Part shown: positions 18,349-27,548 of the stretch, one piece after another | How the letters are laid out: each line of letters starts with the position of its first letter | Position numbering within the stretch: the first letter of the stretch is position 1 | DNA from: Candidatus Hydrogenedentota bacterium | Lineage (GTDB): Bacteria; Hydrogenedentota; Hydrogenedentia; Hydrogenedentales; JAEUWI01 | NCBI GenBank assembly: GCA_034669905.1 | Contig: JAXMOL010000039.1 | Location: 15,354-79,353, forward strand | Direction of reading: 5' to 3' | DNA: 64,000 nucleotides | Position numbers and translations under genes: made by a program | Notes under the pieces: generated by a model | The model's input: the letters and a program-made list of their open reading frames with translations, nothing else | The model's database searches: none | Told to the model about the DNA's origin: nothing

Positions 18349-19149
18349 CCAAAGTGGGTTAGGCATCCTGCCTGACACAGGGACACCCTGGGTTTACTGT
18401 GCGCTGTCGCCATGGCAAAGTTACGTTGAGTCCTGTCGTTGTGGCTTTCGGAGGCCAGTGCCTTGACACGTGACCCCACACGTGTTTGGGGAACCTACGT
18501 AACCGTTGTGTCAGCCTGGAAGGCTAACCCACTTTGGTGCTCGTTTCTTGAACAGCGTCACGGCAAAGTGACGTAAAACTCCAGCCAGGCGCGTCGTTGT
18601 GGCTTTTGGAGCCGAGGGGGCTTGTACAAGGTCTCCTCGGAAGTAGAAGGTGGACCAAAGTGGGTTAGGCATCCTGCCTGACACAGGGATACTCTGTGTC
18701 TAATGTGCGCTGTCGCCACGGCAAAGTGACGTTGAGCTCTGTCGTTGTGGCTTTTGGAGGCCAGGGTCCTGGTACGTGACCCCACACGTGTTTTGGGAAC
18801 CTACGTAACCGTTGTGTCAGCCTGGAAGGCTAACCCACTTTGGTGCACGTTTCTTGAACAGCGTCACGGCAAAGTGACGTAAAACTCCAGCCATGCCCCG
18901 TCGTTTCGACCTTCGGGGCCGAGGGGGCTTGTACAAGGCCCTCTCGGAAGTAGAAGGTGCACCAAAGTGGGTTAGGCATCCTGCCTGACACAGGGGTACT
19001 CTGGGTTTAGTGTGGGCTGTCGCCACGGCAAAGTGACGTTGAGTTCTGTCGTTGTGGCTTTCGGAGATCAGGGTCGTGTACGTGACCCAACGCGTGTTTT
19101 GGGAACCTACGTAACCGTTGTGTCAGCCTGGAAGGCTAACCCACTTTGG
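18349..19149. repeat. BIME/REPIN-like tandem array, ~306-bp period, three A/B REP doublets
   Basis: REP A (+) at 18349-18376, 18655-18682, 18962-18989; REP B (-) at 18510-18537, 18816-18843, 19122-19149; alternating linkers of 132-133 and 117-118 bp, similar but not identical between units. Confidence 0.93.
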
Positions 19150-19237
19150 TGCTCGTTTTTGGTCCACACGGGGCGGAAAAGATAACAGTCCCGCCTTTGC
19201 ACGGCACCAGAGAGTGAGTTCTTCTATTCACCATTCC

Positions 19238-20212
19238 CTACCCGGGAAACAATGCCGCCAGAAATTCTTTCTCCGTGCCGTCAAAGCGCGCCTCGGCTAA
19301 GAACTCGAGTCCCCGCTGATTACCCCACGAGTAGTTGATCACCAGTTTCCCCTCAAACTCGCAGTAGTCGAAATCCGAGTTGTTGCGGTTCTCCGCCTCG
19401 GCGATGTGTTTGCGCTGTTCCTCGGTGAAATTGGGGTTGGCAATCTGCTTGTCCTCATCGCCCCACATAAGGAAAGGGTGGATGGGCGTCCGCTCCCAGG
19501 TGATGAGGTCCTTCGAGCGGACCACGCTCTGGGCATAGCCACCCTTCATGGATTCCAGATAGAAGTTGTAGTAGAAACCGTCTACGTAGCGGAGACAGTG
19601 GGGGGCCGTGTAGCGGTCTTTGGCGTAGTTGCACTCGGGCGGCGTGAGCGTCCAGGTCTTAAGGTCGGTGGAGCGGGCGAAGCGCGCGGTGAAGCGACTG
19701 CCGGCCTCTTCGGCAGGCTTGCCGATTTCAAACATGAGGAGGTAGCCCTGGGGGTCTTTGCAGAGGGAGGTGTTGAAGATGCCGTAGCCCGGGAGATCCA
19801 AGGCGTTCCACCGTTCCCAGGTCTGAAGGTCTTTCGACACAAAGATGTCGACTTTCTCGCCGTCCCAGATGTCCGTAACGGTGACAATGACACGGTCGCC
19901 ATCGACCGCCGCGCTGCCCAGGTGAAATCCTTCCGCAAAGGCTGGCGTGGCCTCACCGGTTTCATGGTCGATGAAACGGGAGTAGGATTTCCCCGTGGTG
20001 TTTTTCTTGTAGCGTTCTCGGACGTATTCGTAGCGGTAGACCTTGCCGTTGAACACGATGGGCGTCGTTTCGACCAAGTCGATGTCGATAGTGCCGAGCT
20101 TGACGATTTTCGGGCCGGCCGGGTCGGCGTGGCTGGTGCCTGCTGCGGTCAGGGCGGCGGCGGCGGTGATAGCGCCAAACTGGCGGCGGGTGAGGGTGTG
20201 ACTGCTTGTCAT
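19238..20212 (-). CDS. Tat-exported beta-propeller protein (GH32/43/130-like fold)
   Basis: TRRQFG twin-arginine signal; repeats SKDLQTW, STDLKTW, SKDLITW; RBS upstream of ATG 20212. Confidence 0.7.
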   Translation of the reverse strand: MTSSHTLTRRQFGAITAAAALTAAGTSHADPAGPKIVKLGTIDIDLVETTPIVFNGKVYRYEYVRERYKKNTTGKSYSRFIDHETGEATPAFAEGFHLGSAAVDGDRVIVTVTDIWDGEKVDIFVSKDLQTWERWNALDLPGYGIFNTSLCKDPQGYLLMFEIGKPAEEAGSRFTARFARSTDLKTWTLTPPECNYAKDRYTAPHCLRYVDGFYYNFYLESMKGGYAQSVVRSKDLITWERTPIHPFLMWGDEDKQIANPNFTEEQRKHIAEAENRNNSDFDYCEFEGKLVINYSWGNQRGLEFLAEARFDGTEKEFLAALFPG

Positions 20213-20273
20213 GGTGTTCTCCCTTGGGTTGAATGTCCACTGTAGCCGAGTCGGGAGTTCGCGGGCAACTGGC

Positions 20274-20351
20274 AGTCTTATGGGACATATAAGTCCTATG
20301 GGTCTTATAGAGCACTGTCCCACGGGTCCTACAAGTCCCACCGGTCCCACA
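20274..20351. repeat. Degenerate nonamer tandem repeats
   Basis: agtcttatg ggacatata agtcctatg ggtcttata ... ggtcctaca agtcccacc ggtcccaca, intergenic. Confidence 0.75.
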
Positions 20352-20365
20352 CCGCAATCCATACC

Positions 20366-22495
20366 CTACTTCGCCCGCGTCTCTGCAATCTCTCCGGTAT
20401 ACACCACTTCGCTCCAGTCCTCAATTCCGATGACCGCCTTCGCAAATTCGGTCGCTTCGGCTTCTTTGTCCGTGCCCAAGGCTTGGAAGACATACCACAC
20501 CGGCTTCTTGCCGTGGGGGTCTTCCTCGTCATCCGGGAAACGGCGGAGCCCAATCCGCAGGCCCCCTTCGTGGCGGTTGTCGACCCAGTTGTGAACGTGG
20601 AACATACTCACCGAGTCCAGGGCCTCCATTTTTTTCCAGAGATAGGCCATACAGGCCGCCTGGTCCCGCAGCGACTCCTCGGAGTAGTCGGGTGAGTTGG
20701 GAGCCTGCTCCGTAAACTGGACGTCCCGCACGTGTTTTCCCAGATAGCGGGTCTCGGGTCGTTTTACCCAGGCGTTGATGACCTCCATGTTCTTAAACGT
20801 GATGCGGGGGGTGTCAAAGGAGAACCATGCCGTGTCATCTTCCCAGGCGCGGGGATCGCGCAGGTTTTCCGGGTAGGGGTGGTAGGCAATGGCCCAGGGG
20901 AAATCCCCTTCGGCGCGGCTGAAATCCAATAACAAGTGGAGCAGGTCCTTGCCCTTATAACAGTGGTCCGCATAGACCGAGTCCCAGTGGTGTTCCAGGG
21001 AGATGTAGACCTTCGCGTGGGGGTCATACTGCCACGCAATGAGCTGGGTCATTCGCATGGACTTGTGGTAGGCATCCATATAGCGCAGGGCGGATTTCTC
21101 CCCCATATTGGTCCACACCCAGCCCGAGTTTACTTCGTTGTGCACAATCCAATGGTGGATACGGCCAAATTCTCCGTCGGGACGGCTGTACCGTTCGGCC
21201 AGGAAATTGAGCGCCGCAGCATAGGCATTCACTCCCTCGGGACGCGTAAAATTGGGCATGACGTAGATGCCCGCCGGGTCCGCATCGGGGTGGGCTACAA
21301 GACGGGAGAAACTGCCTTCGGGTGCATCGCCCGCTTGCCCCAACAAGACAATGGCGGATACGACGACGTCATAGGTCGCGGCAAGCTGCATGGTGGCGTC
21401 CATCTGGGCTACGGCACCGTTGTCCGTGTACCACGTACGCCCGCCATACTCAAAGGCGGTGCGTCCCTCGCCGCCCTCGGCGCGCATGAAATGCTGGAGG
21501 ATAATATTCACCGTCACCGCCGAAACGTCCAGGTCCTTCACATCTTCCACGGGACGACCGGGGGAGAAGGCACCCAATCCCTTACGATTGCGGAGTGGGG
21601 CTTCTGTCAGTCCTTCACGGTGGGTTACGGTGTCGGCATAGCGTCCGTGAGCGAGGAGCGTCAGGCCGATTTCGTTTTCCCGCGCCACAGCCCAGCGAGA
21701 GTAGAGGCGGTCCCGACCCTGTTCGTCAAAACGGGGGATGACCTGCTCGTGGAGGTCACGGTTACCGTCCCGGATAGCATCATGAAGTATCCAGTCGTTA
21801 GGATTGGTCGCCTCGCCCCATACGGGAATCTCGACGAGTACAATACGGCGGGCCGCTCCCCGAGGATTAACCGTCACGCGAACGGACTCGTGCTCCACCT
21901 CGACCCGCTCAATGGTGGCAGGGTAGGGGGTGTCGAGATAGGTGCGCGTGGTCTGGTCCAGGGCCGCTTCCCGCGCTTTCCGGTCCGCCGCGTCGCGGGC
22001 CAGGCGTTTTTCCGTTTCATTCAGGGGGCGCAATTGGACCCCACGAATCTGGGCGCTCTTCTCCGCCTTGCGTCCGAAGTCGATGCGCAGTTGGGTGACG
22101 GGTGCCGTGAGTTTTTCCAACAGAGGCGTCAGGTCAATCCGGTGAGAAGACCAGCCTTCGCTCCGGCTCAATCCCGAGGCCCGGACCGTGACGGATTCTT
22201 GCTGGGGGGGCACCGCAAAGACCTGGAATTCATCCGTCCCGGTGAGACTGAAATACGCGAAGGAGAGAATGGGATTCGTGGCGATATCGAGGCCGCCGGG
22301 CACCACGTTCGTGAAGAGGTAAGGGTCCGAACCCGTGGTGGTGATTTCGTAGACACCGCCATCGAGCGTCGTCAGCGTCAGGTCGTTGGCACGGTCCGGC
22401 GTCAGGGTCAGGGGCTGGGATTCGGCAGAAACAAGGGGGGCGATAACCAGGCTGAGAAGCGCCAAGGCAATCAGGCGCCGTGAGGGGTACTTCAT
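20366..22495 (-). CDS. Secreted DUF5722-like glycoside-hydrolase-type protein
   Basis: Signal peptide; RIHHWIVHNEVN, VYISLEHHW, IAYHPYP, FTEQ (GH-A clan-like NE and E). Confidence 0.75.
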   Translation of the reverse strand: MKYPSRRLIALALLSLVIAPLVSAESQPLTLTPDRANDLTLTTLDGGVYEITTTGSDPYLFTNVVPGGLDIATNPILSFAYFSLTGTDEFQVFAVPPQQESVTVRASGLSRSEGWSSHRIDLTPLLEKLTAPVTQLRIDFGRKAEKSAQIRGVQLRPLNETEKRLARDAADRKAREAALDQTTRTYLDTPYPATIERVEVEHESVRVTVNPRGAARRIVLVEIPVWGEATNPNDWILHDAIRDGNRDLHEQVIPRFDEQGRDRLYSRWAVARENEIGLTLLAHGRYADTVTHREGLTEAPLRNRKGLGAFSPGRPVEDVKDLDVSAVTVNIILQHFMRAEGGEGRTAFEYGGRTWYTDNGAVAQMDATMQLAATYDVVVSAIVLLGQAGDAPEGSFSRLVAHPDADPAGIYVMPNFTRPEGVNAYAAALNFLAERYSRPDGEFGRIHHWIVHNEVNSGWVWTNMGEKSALRYMDAYHKSMRMTQLIAWQYDPHAKVYISLEHHWDSVYADHCYKGKDLLHLLLDFSRAEGDFPWAIAYHPYPENLRDPRAWEDDTAWFSFDTPRITFKNMEVINAWVKRPETRYLGKHVRDVQFTEQAPNSPDYSEESLRDQAACMAYLWKKMEALDSVSMFHVHNWVDNRHEGGLRIGLRRFPDDEEDPHGKKPVWYVFQALGTDKEAEATEFAKAVIGIEDWSEVVYTGEIAETRAK

Positions 22496-22654
22496 GGACA
22501 ATTCCTTTGTGGGGTTAAACTGGGGCACAGTATGCCAGATTGCAACGCGGAGAGGGGAGCTTCCAAGCCTCATAGCCGATCCGCTGGATTCATTGTCCTT
22601 TAGGTCCTTTACGGTGCTCTGAGGGCAGCTCCTCCAGAAGCTGAGCAGCACCCA

Positions 22655-25048
22655 CTACTTTCCCGCGAAGGTATCCGGTCCACCCAGCCAGCGATAGGGG
22701 CTCGAAAACTGGACCGTAGCGCGGCCATTGGAAAAGTTACCAGCGCGTTGAAACCGAGGCGGGATGACGCACTTGCCGGTGGTGTCGATGTAGCCGTAAC
22801 GTAAAGACTGGAACTCATCGTCTTGAACCCCAGCGTATGCGAGCCCTTCGAAGAACGGACTGACGTGTCTGAACTGAGGCGTGATCGCCATCGCGCCGTT
22901 CTTGTCGATGTAGCCCCAGCGGTCCTTTGGCGCGTCCCCCGTATTGACGGCTGCCAGGCCTCCACTGAACCACGATGCACCGGAGTAGGTAAGAGCAATT
23001 ACCAGCTCTCCCTTCGCATTGGCGAAACCGTAGCGCATCCCGCCCGATTCCGTGCTTTCAGCCACCATGATCAGGCCTTCATTTGAAGGGATGATGATTT
23101 CGTACAAGGCGGGAAGAATCTCGTGGCCATCGCGGTCGAGGAGACCGTAACGCCGACCGGTGGGGCCCGACTTCCTAAAGGTCATGGAGCCGTCGGAATA
23201 GACCGCCTGTATATTTCGCTCCGCCCCAAAAATAATTTGACCGGTGTTGTCGATGACCACTGTTTTCCAATCTTCGAGCCGGACAATGGCCCGTCCGCTT
23301 TGAAAATCGTTGGCCTGCTCGAATTGTGGTGGGATGACGATCGTGCCATGGGCGTCTTCATACCCCCATTTACCGTCCTTCGCGACGGGAAAGGGGCCTT
23401 CCCCTACGCGCGGTGCCGGCTCCGAGGCCAGATTGCCGCGGGTATCGATGTAAACGGGGGCAGCGCCTCGGCTAACTTGGGCAATACCCTCTCGAAATTC
23501 ACCCGCGTAGGTAAACTGAGGTGGGATAGTCAGGGCACCGGTCGTATCGATGTAGCCCCAGACGCCGTTCACAAAGGAGGGCATGGGATCCGGTTGTTCT
23601 TCGAACCAGGTCTCCCAGCGTACTTGCGCCGTTTTCATTTGCTCCCGGGAAAGATCGGTCAACGGTGCCTGGGCATCGCCGAGATACCAGCCACCCGCGA
23701 CCTGGCGCACGAGTTCCAGCGCACGGTTTCGTTTCTCCGGGGCCTCGTCATCCAACAAGGTGATGAGATTCTTAATCAGAATTCGGTGTTGGGCCACGGG
23801 CAAGGGGGAGCCAAATTTGTAGCTATTGTGCAAGCGATACTTCACACGTTCGTCCGCGTCCAACAGAAGCGAGGTGGCACGGGGACTTTCCATCAAGCTA
23901 AGGCCATGGCTCAAGGCGTTACGCTTGATGTACTGGGGATCGGCGTGCACCCACTGCTCAATGACCGGCAGGAAGTCCTCAGACAGGGAGAAGTGTATCG
24001 CCCCCAGGGCCGCTCGCTCACGGGATTGCCAATTCGTGGGGAGTTTGTCGGGGCCCGTCAGGTCACGCCACTGTTCCACCATCGCTTCCCGCTCCGCTGG
24101 TGTGCCAACGGTTATTTGAATGGGGAAACGTGCATAAACCTGGGCAGCGCCTATGGCACGTTGCCGCTCCGAGAGCACGTGGCGTTTAATGATATCGTCG
24201 CCTTGTAGGGGGGCACCAATCGCCGGCACCTCCTCGGCCAGGAGGGCGTGGATAGCATCAGGCATGTGCGCCAGCAGCGCGGAATCGTTCCTGTCTGACC
24301 CGATGGATTGGTCTTCGATGTAGTAGTGTTTGGAAACCTCATCCGTCGCGTTGTCGATCAGTCGACCATAGCCTTCCACGCGGTGCGTTTCAAGAACTTC
24401 CCGGGGCAGCAACGCCTTCGCCGCTTCCGTGAGTGCTCCGGGAGTGTGCCATCCCATTGGACGATAGAAACAGAAGAGTTCGTAGTGCCCCGGCTCGGTG
24501 ATGGCGGCCCAGCGTTGGACGGCTTGCCAATCGGAGGAGGGGTTCTCCTTGTCGGCACGGTTCCCACCGCCCAGACCGCCACCGAAACCTCCCAGATTGG
24601 GGTGTACCTCATCGACCCAGGTTCCGTCATTCCGTCGAAGGAGAAAGTAGAAATTGTCATCCCGGCCCCGGGACCGATAATTACCGCCTCGGCCCTCGGT
24701 CCAGCTGCCCTCGCCATCGAGTTCGATACGATATTCGACGAGAATAGGTTCACCCAGCAAGAATTCCCCTTTCTCCAACCGGAAGCTCCGACGGAGATCG
24801 GCCGGATCGCAGTCAAAATCCGGCATAGATTTTCCCAACAGCGCGCCCGTCTCATGGTGGAGGGCCCGGCTGAATGGGATGGTGTTGTAGGTCGTACCCA
24901 CGGAGTCGTCGGTGTCGGCTGCTACACTGGGAAGGGGTATCCAGATATTTTCCACGTTGTAATTGATGGGAATAGGGGTGGGTAGCTCTTCCCCGTAGGC
25001 CACGAGCGCCATTACCAAGGACAAAAATCCACAAAGTGTGTTTCGCAT
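22655..25048 (-). CDS. Secreted WG-repeat (WG_beta_rep) protein
   Basis: About six C-terminal repeats WGYIDTTG..IPPQF..A..F.EG.A.V; signal peptide. Confidence 0.85.
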   Translation of the reverse strand: MRNTLCGFLSLVMALVAYGEELPTPIPINYNVENIWIPLPSVAADTDDSVGTTYNTIPFSRALHHETGALLGKSMPDFDCDPADLRRSFRLEKGEFLLGEPILVEYRIELDGEGSWTEGRGGNYRSRGRDDNFYFLLRRNDGTWVDEVHPNLGGFGGGLGGGNRADKENPSSDWQAVQRWAAITEPGHYELFCFYRPMGWHTPGALTEAAKALLPREVLETHRVEGYGRLIDNATDEVSKHYYIEDQSIGSDRNDSALLAHMPDAIHALLAEEVPAIGAPLQGDDIIKRHVLSERQRAIGAAQVYARFPIQITVGTPAEREAMVEQWRDLTGPDKLPTNWQSRERAALGAIHFSLSEDFLPVIEQWVHADPQYIKRNALSHGLSLMESPRATSLLLDADERVKYRLHNSYKFGSPLPVAQHRILIKNLITLLDDEAPEKRNRALELVRQVAGGWYLGDAQAPLTDLSREQMKTAQVRWETWFEEQPDPMPSFVNGVWGYIDTTGALTIPPQFTYAGEFREGIAQVSRGAAPVYIDTRGNLASEPAPRVGEGPFPVAKDGKWGYEDAHGTIVIPPQFEQANDFQSGRAIVRLEDWKTVVIDNTGQIIFGAERNIQAVYSDGSMTFRKSGPTGRRYGLLDRDGHEILPALYEIIIPSNEGLIMVAESTESGGMRYGFANAKGELVIALTYSGASWFSGGLAAVNTGDAPKDRWGYIDKNGAMAITPQFRHVSPFFEGLAYAGVQDDEFQSLRYGYIDTTGKCVIPPRFQRAGNFSNGRATVQFSSPYRWLGGPDTFAGK

Positions 25049-25327
25049 GGTGCATTCTCCGATGGGTGCCCGTTGCCGCATTCGTACGTTTCAATCGGTT
25101 AAGGCCGAAACGGAAGGCCTATAATTGAAGTATCAACCATATTATCGGGTCAATCAAGTCTTGCGATAATCCCAGCGATACAGAATACGAGGTAGTCCCT
25201 GCCAATAGAGCGCTTCGATAGCGGATAGTATTTCGTCCATCCCATGGAGTCGTTTCCATCGTTTCCGTCCCGTAGGTCCTTTTACCCTTAACCGCGACCA
25301 CGTACCGCAATGGCAGAAATTTCGTGC

Positions 25328-25357
25328 TTGATACATCTCCCCGCCATGTACTACAAT
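25328..25357 (+). promoter_or_regulatory. Sigma70-like promoter of tRNA-Pro
   Basis: TTGATA-N18-TACAAT ending 12 bp before the tRNA. Confidence 0.55.
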
Positions 25358-25369
25358 TCGTTTCACATT

Positions 25370-25446
25370 CGGGGTGTGGCGCAGTCCGGTAGCGCACTAC
25401 GTTCGGGACGTAGGGGCCGGAGGTTCAAATCCTCTCACCCCGACCA
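25370..25446 (+). tRNA. tRNA-Pro, anticodon CGG
   Basis: CGGGGTG acceptor stem paired with CACCCCG-A-CCA; anticodon arm CTACG-TTCGGGA-CGTAG; T-loop GGTTCAAATCC. Confidence 0.97.
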
Positions 25447-25459
25447 TTTTTATGGTCGC

Positions 25460-25494
25460 AAACCGCATTTGACTTCGGTCGAATGCGGTTTTTT
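25460..25494 (+). terminator. Intrinsic terminator after tRNA-Pro
   Basis: AAACCGCATTTGAC-TTCG-GTCGAATGCGGTTT with cUUCGg tetraloop and T-tract. Confidence 0.85.
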
Positions 25495-25573
25495 GGTATA
25501 TTCAGACTTCCTGACCCCTTTACTCAGGAAGCACATGTCCTCGTTTCGGGGCACAACGACAGGGGATTCGGCG

Positions 25574-26398
25574 ATGGCCGTCCAGATGGACCACACAGGT
25601 AAACGTTGGGTAGAAGTGAGCCGCGAAGTGGCGGGCACCCAGGAAGAAGTTTGGGATGCCATTGCCACCGGCCCAGGTATCTCGTCCTGGTTTGTGCCCA
25701 CCGATGTGGAATGTGACCGGTCGGGCAAGCCGGTCCGGGTCGTTTCCCATTTCGGGGATGACCCCACCATGGACTCTGTCTCGAAAATCACCACGTGGGA
25801 GCCGCCTCATCGTTTTGTGGGTGTGAGTGCTGACCTGGGTCCCGATGCGCCGGAAGTCGAGACCGAATGGAGCGTGGACATCCTGTCGGGAAGTACCAGC
25901 ATCGTTCGGGTGCGCCATCAATTGGTGAGCGAGGCCGATACGTGGGATGTACAGATGGAAGATTGGGAGGGGGGATGGCCCTGGTTTTTCAATGTGCTTG
26001 GGCTGTATTTGCTCCATTTTCTCAGGCAGGAGAGTGCGGCCTTTCGGGTTATGGGCGGCGCACCCCAACCGACCTGGGATGCGTGGGACGACTTTTCCCA
26101 TGCCATCGGTATCGCGAATGCGGAAGTGGGGGACCAGATCAAGGCCCCCGATGAATTGCCGCCCCTGGTGGGCACGGTGAAATTCACCAGCGGGGAAGAT
26201 CAGGAGTTCGGCACCATCGCGCGGTTGGATGAGCCGGCAGCGGGAATACTCTCGGCCTTTGCGATGGCAATGGACGGACAGGTATTTCTGGTCCTGGATT
26301 TTTTCTTTTATGGTACCCAGGCCGTAGAGACGGCGGCCCGCTGGGAAGGGCGCTGGCACAACTGGATCTCAGAGCGATTTGGCTTCGAGGAAGAATAG
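25574..26398 (+). CDS. SRPBCC/AHSA1 domain protein
   Basis: EVAGTQEEVWDAIATGPGISSWF, ITTWEPPHRF, VRVRHQL, GWPWFF. Confidence 0.85.
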   Translation: MAVQMDHTGKRWVEVSREVAGTQEEVWDAIATGPGISSWFVPTDVECDRSGKPVRVVSHFGDDPTMDSVSKITTWEPPHRFVGVSADLGPDAPEVETEWSVDILSGSTSIVRVRHQLVSEADTWDVQMEDWEGGWPWFFNVLGLYLLHFLRQESAAFRVMGGAPQPTWDAWDDFSHAIGIANAEVGDQIKAPDELPPLVGTVKFTSGEDQEFGTIARLDEPAAGILSAFAMAMDGQVFLVLDFFFYGTQAVETAARWEGRWHNWISERFGFEEE

Positions 26399-26494
26399 GA
26401 AATACCTGAAAGATTCGACGGATTGACTATACATCCCGCGCCCCAACGTAGTATCCTTTTCGGCGAGGCAATCCCCAACACGACAAGGCAAATC

Positions 26495-27544
26495 ATGACG
26501 GTTGAAGTTCAAAATGACACCCTGCTGCGGGCACTCCGTGGAGAAGAAACCCCCTACACCCCCGTATGGATGATGCGTCAGGCAGGCCGAACCGATCCGG
26601 AATACCTGGCCCTCAAGCAGCGCTTGGACTTGCCGCTGGAAGACCTCTTCCGTCATCCGGAGCATTCGACGGAAATCACGCTCCTACCCCAGCGTATCGG
26701 GGTGGATGCCCTCATCTATTTTCAGGATATTCTGACGCCCTTGGCGCCCATGGGAGCCGAGTTTGTCTTTGCGCCGGGGCCCCAATTGAAGACGCCCTGC
26801 GACAGCCTTCAGGCCATTGAGGCCCTCCATGCCTTCGACGTGGAAGCGGAGCTCCCCTTCGTCCGAGAGACCTTTCAGGGAATCTTCGGGAAGCTGGAGG
26901 GTGCCTTGCCCGTCCTCGGATTTGCCGGGGCACCGCTAACACTCGCCGTATTTATCCTCGAAGGAAAGAGCTTTGGGACCAGTGCAGACAAGGCCATGGC
27001 CTTCCTGGAGTCCGAGCCGGAAGCCCTCCATCAGCTCCTCGAAAAAATCACGGTCATGACCATCGATTACCTGAAGTATCAGGCCGATTGTGGGGTGGCT
27101 GCGGTACAACTTTTTGAGTCGGCGGCCTTTTTGTTGTCCGAAGCACAATATCGGGAATTCGCGCTGCCCTACCAGCAGCGCATCTTTGCGGCGCTCAAAG
27201 GCCATGTGGCCACCATCAACTTCGCACGGGAATGGTACGACCTCGGCGACCTTGACGCGGCCGGGGCCGACGTTATCAGTCTCCCTGCCACCATCAGCAT
27301 CCGTGAAGCCCGGGCCCAGTTGGGCGTGGATCGGGTCTTTCAGGGCAATCTGGACAACCAGCTATTGGCCCATGGCGCGGAAGCCGACATCGCCAGGGCA
27401 ATCGAAGATTGTGTGGCGTCCGGGGAGCATCGGGGCCATATCTTTAACTTGAGCCATGGCCTGTTGCGTGAGACGCCCTTCGACCGCGTCAAGGGCGTCG
27501 TGAAACAGGTCCATGCGATCCGCAGGGATGCCAAGCAGGAGTAA
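26495..27544 (+). CDS. hemE: Uroporphyrinogen decarboxylase
   Basis: PVWMMRQAGR, IYFQDIL, GFAGAPLTL, QLFES, QGNLD, IFNLSHG. Confidence 0.9.
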   Translation: MTVEVQNDTLLRALRGEETPYTPVWMMRQAGRTDPEYLALKQRLDLPLEDLFRHPEHSTEITLLPQRIGVDALIYFQDILTPLAPMGAEFVFAPGPQLKTPCDSLQAIEALHAFDVEAELPFVRETFQGIFGKLEGALPVLGFAGAPLTLAVFILEGKSFGTSADKAMAFLESEPEALHQLLEKITVMTIDYLKYQADCGVAAVQLFESAAFLLSEAQYREFALPYQQRIFAALKGHVATINFAREWYDLGDLDAAGADVISLPATISIREARAQLGVDRVFQGNLDNQLLAHGAEADIARAIEDCVASGEHRGHIFNLSHGLLRETPFDRVKGVVKQVHAIRRDAKQE

Positions 27545-27548
27545 TCTC

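Noticed and set aside
18349..19149. CRISPR array or TIGR-like guide array
   Set aside because: Repeats alternate in orientation, linkers are 117-133 bp and near-copies of each other rather than unique spacers, and there is no cas or Nop-domain gene; the neighbour is a HUH transposase
18278..19300. Short ORFs inside the REP array (60-75 aa)
   Set aside because: Translations of repeated non-coding DNA with inconsistent starts and stops between units
20213..20362. N-terminal extension MDCGVGPVGLVGPVG of the Tat protein
   Set aside because: Artefact of the nonamer repeats; the Tat signal and RBS point to ATG 20212
25119..25397. Small minus-strand ORFs between the WG-repeat gene and tRNA
   Set aside because: AT-richer divergent promoter region, overlapping the tRNA promoter, with no recognisable protein features
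25310..25573. N-terminal extension of the SRPBCC ORF
   Set aside because: Runs through tRNA-Pro and its terminator; likely start is ATG 25574
25370..26398. Genomic island integrated at tRNA-Pro
   Set aside because: No integrase and no duplicated tRNA 3' end found in the window
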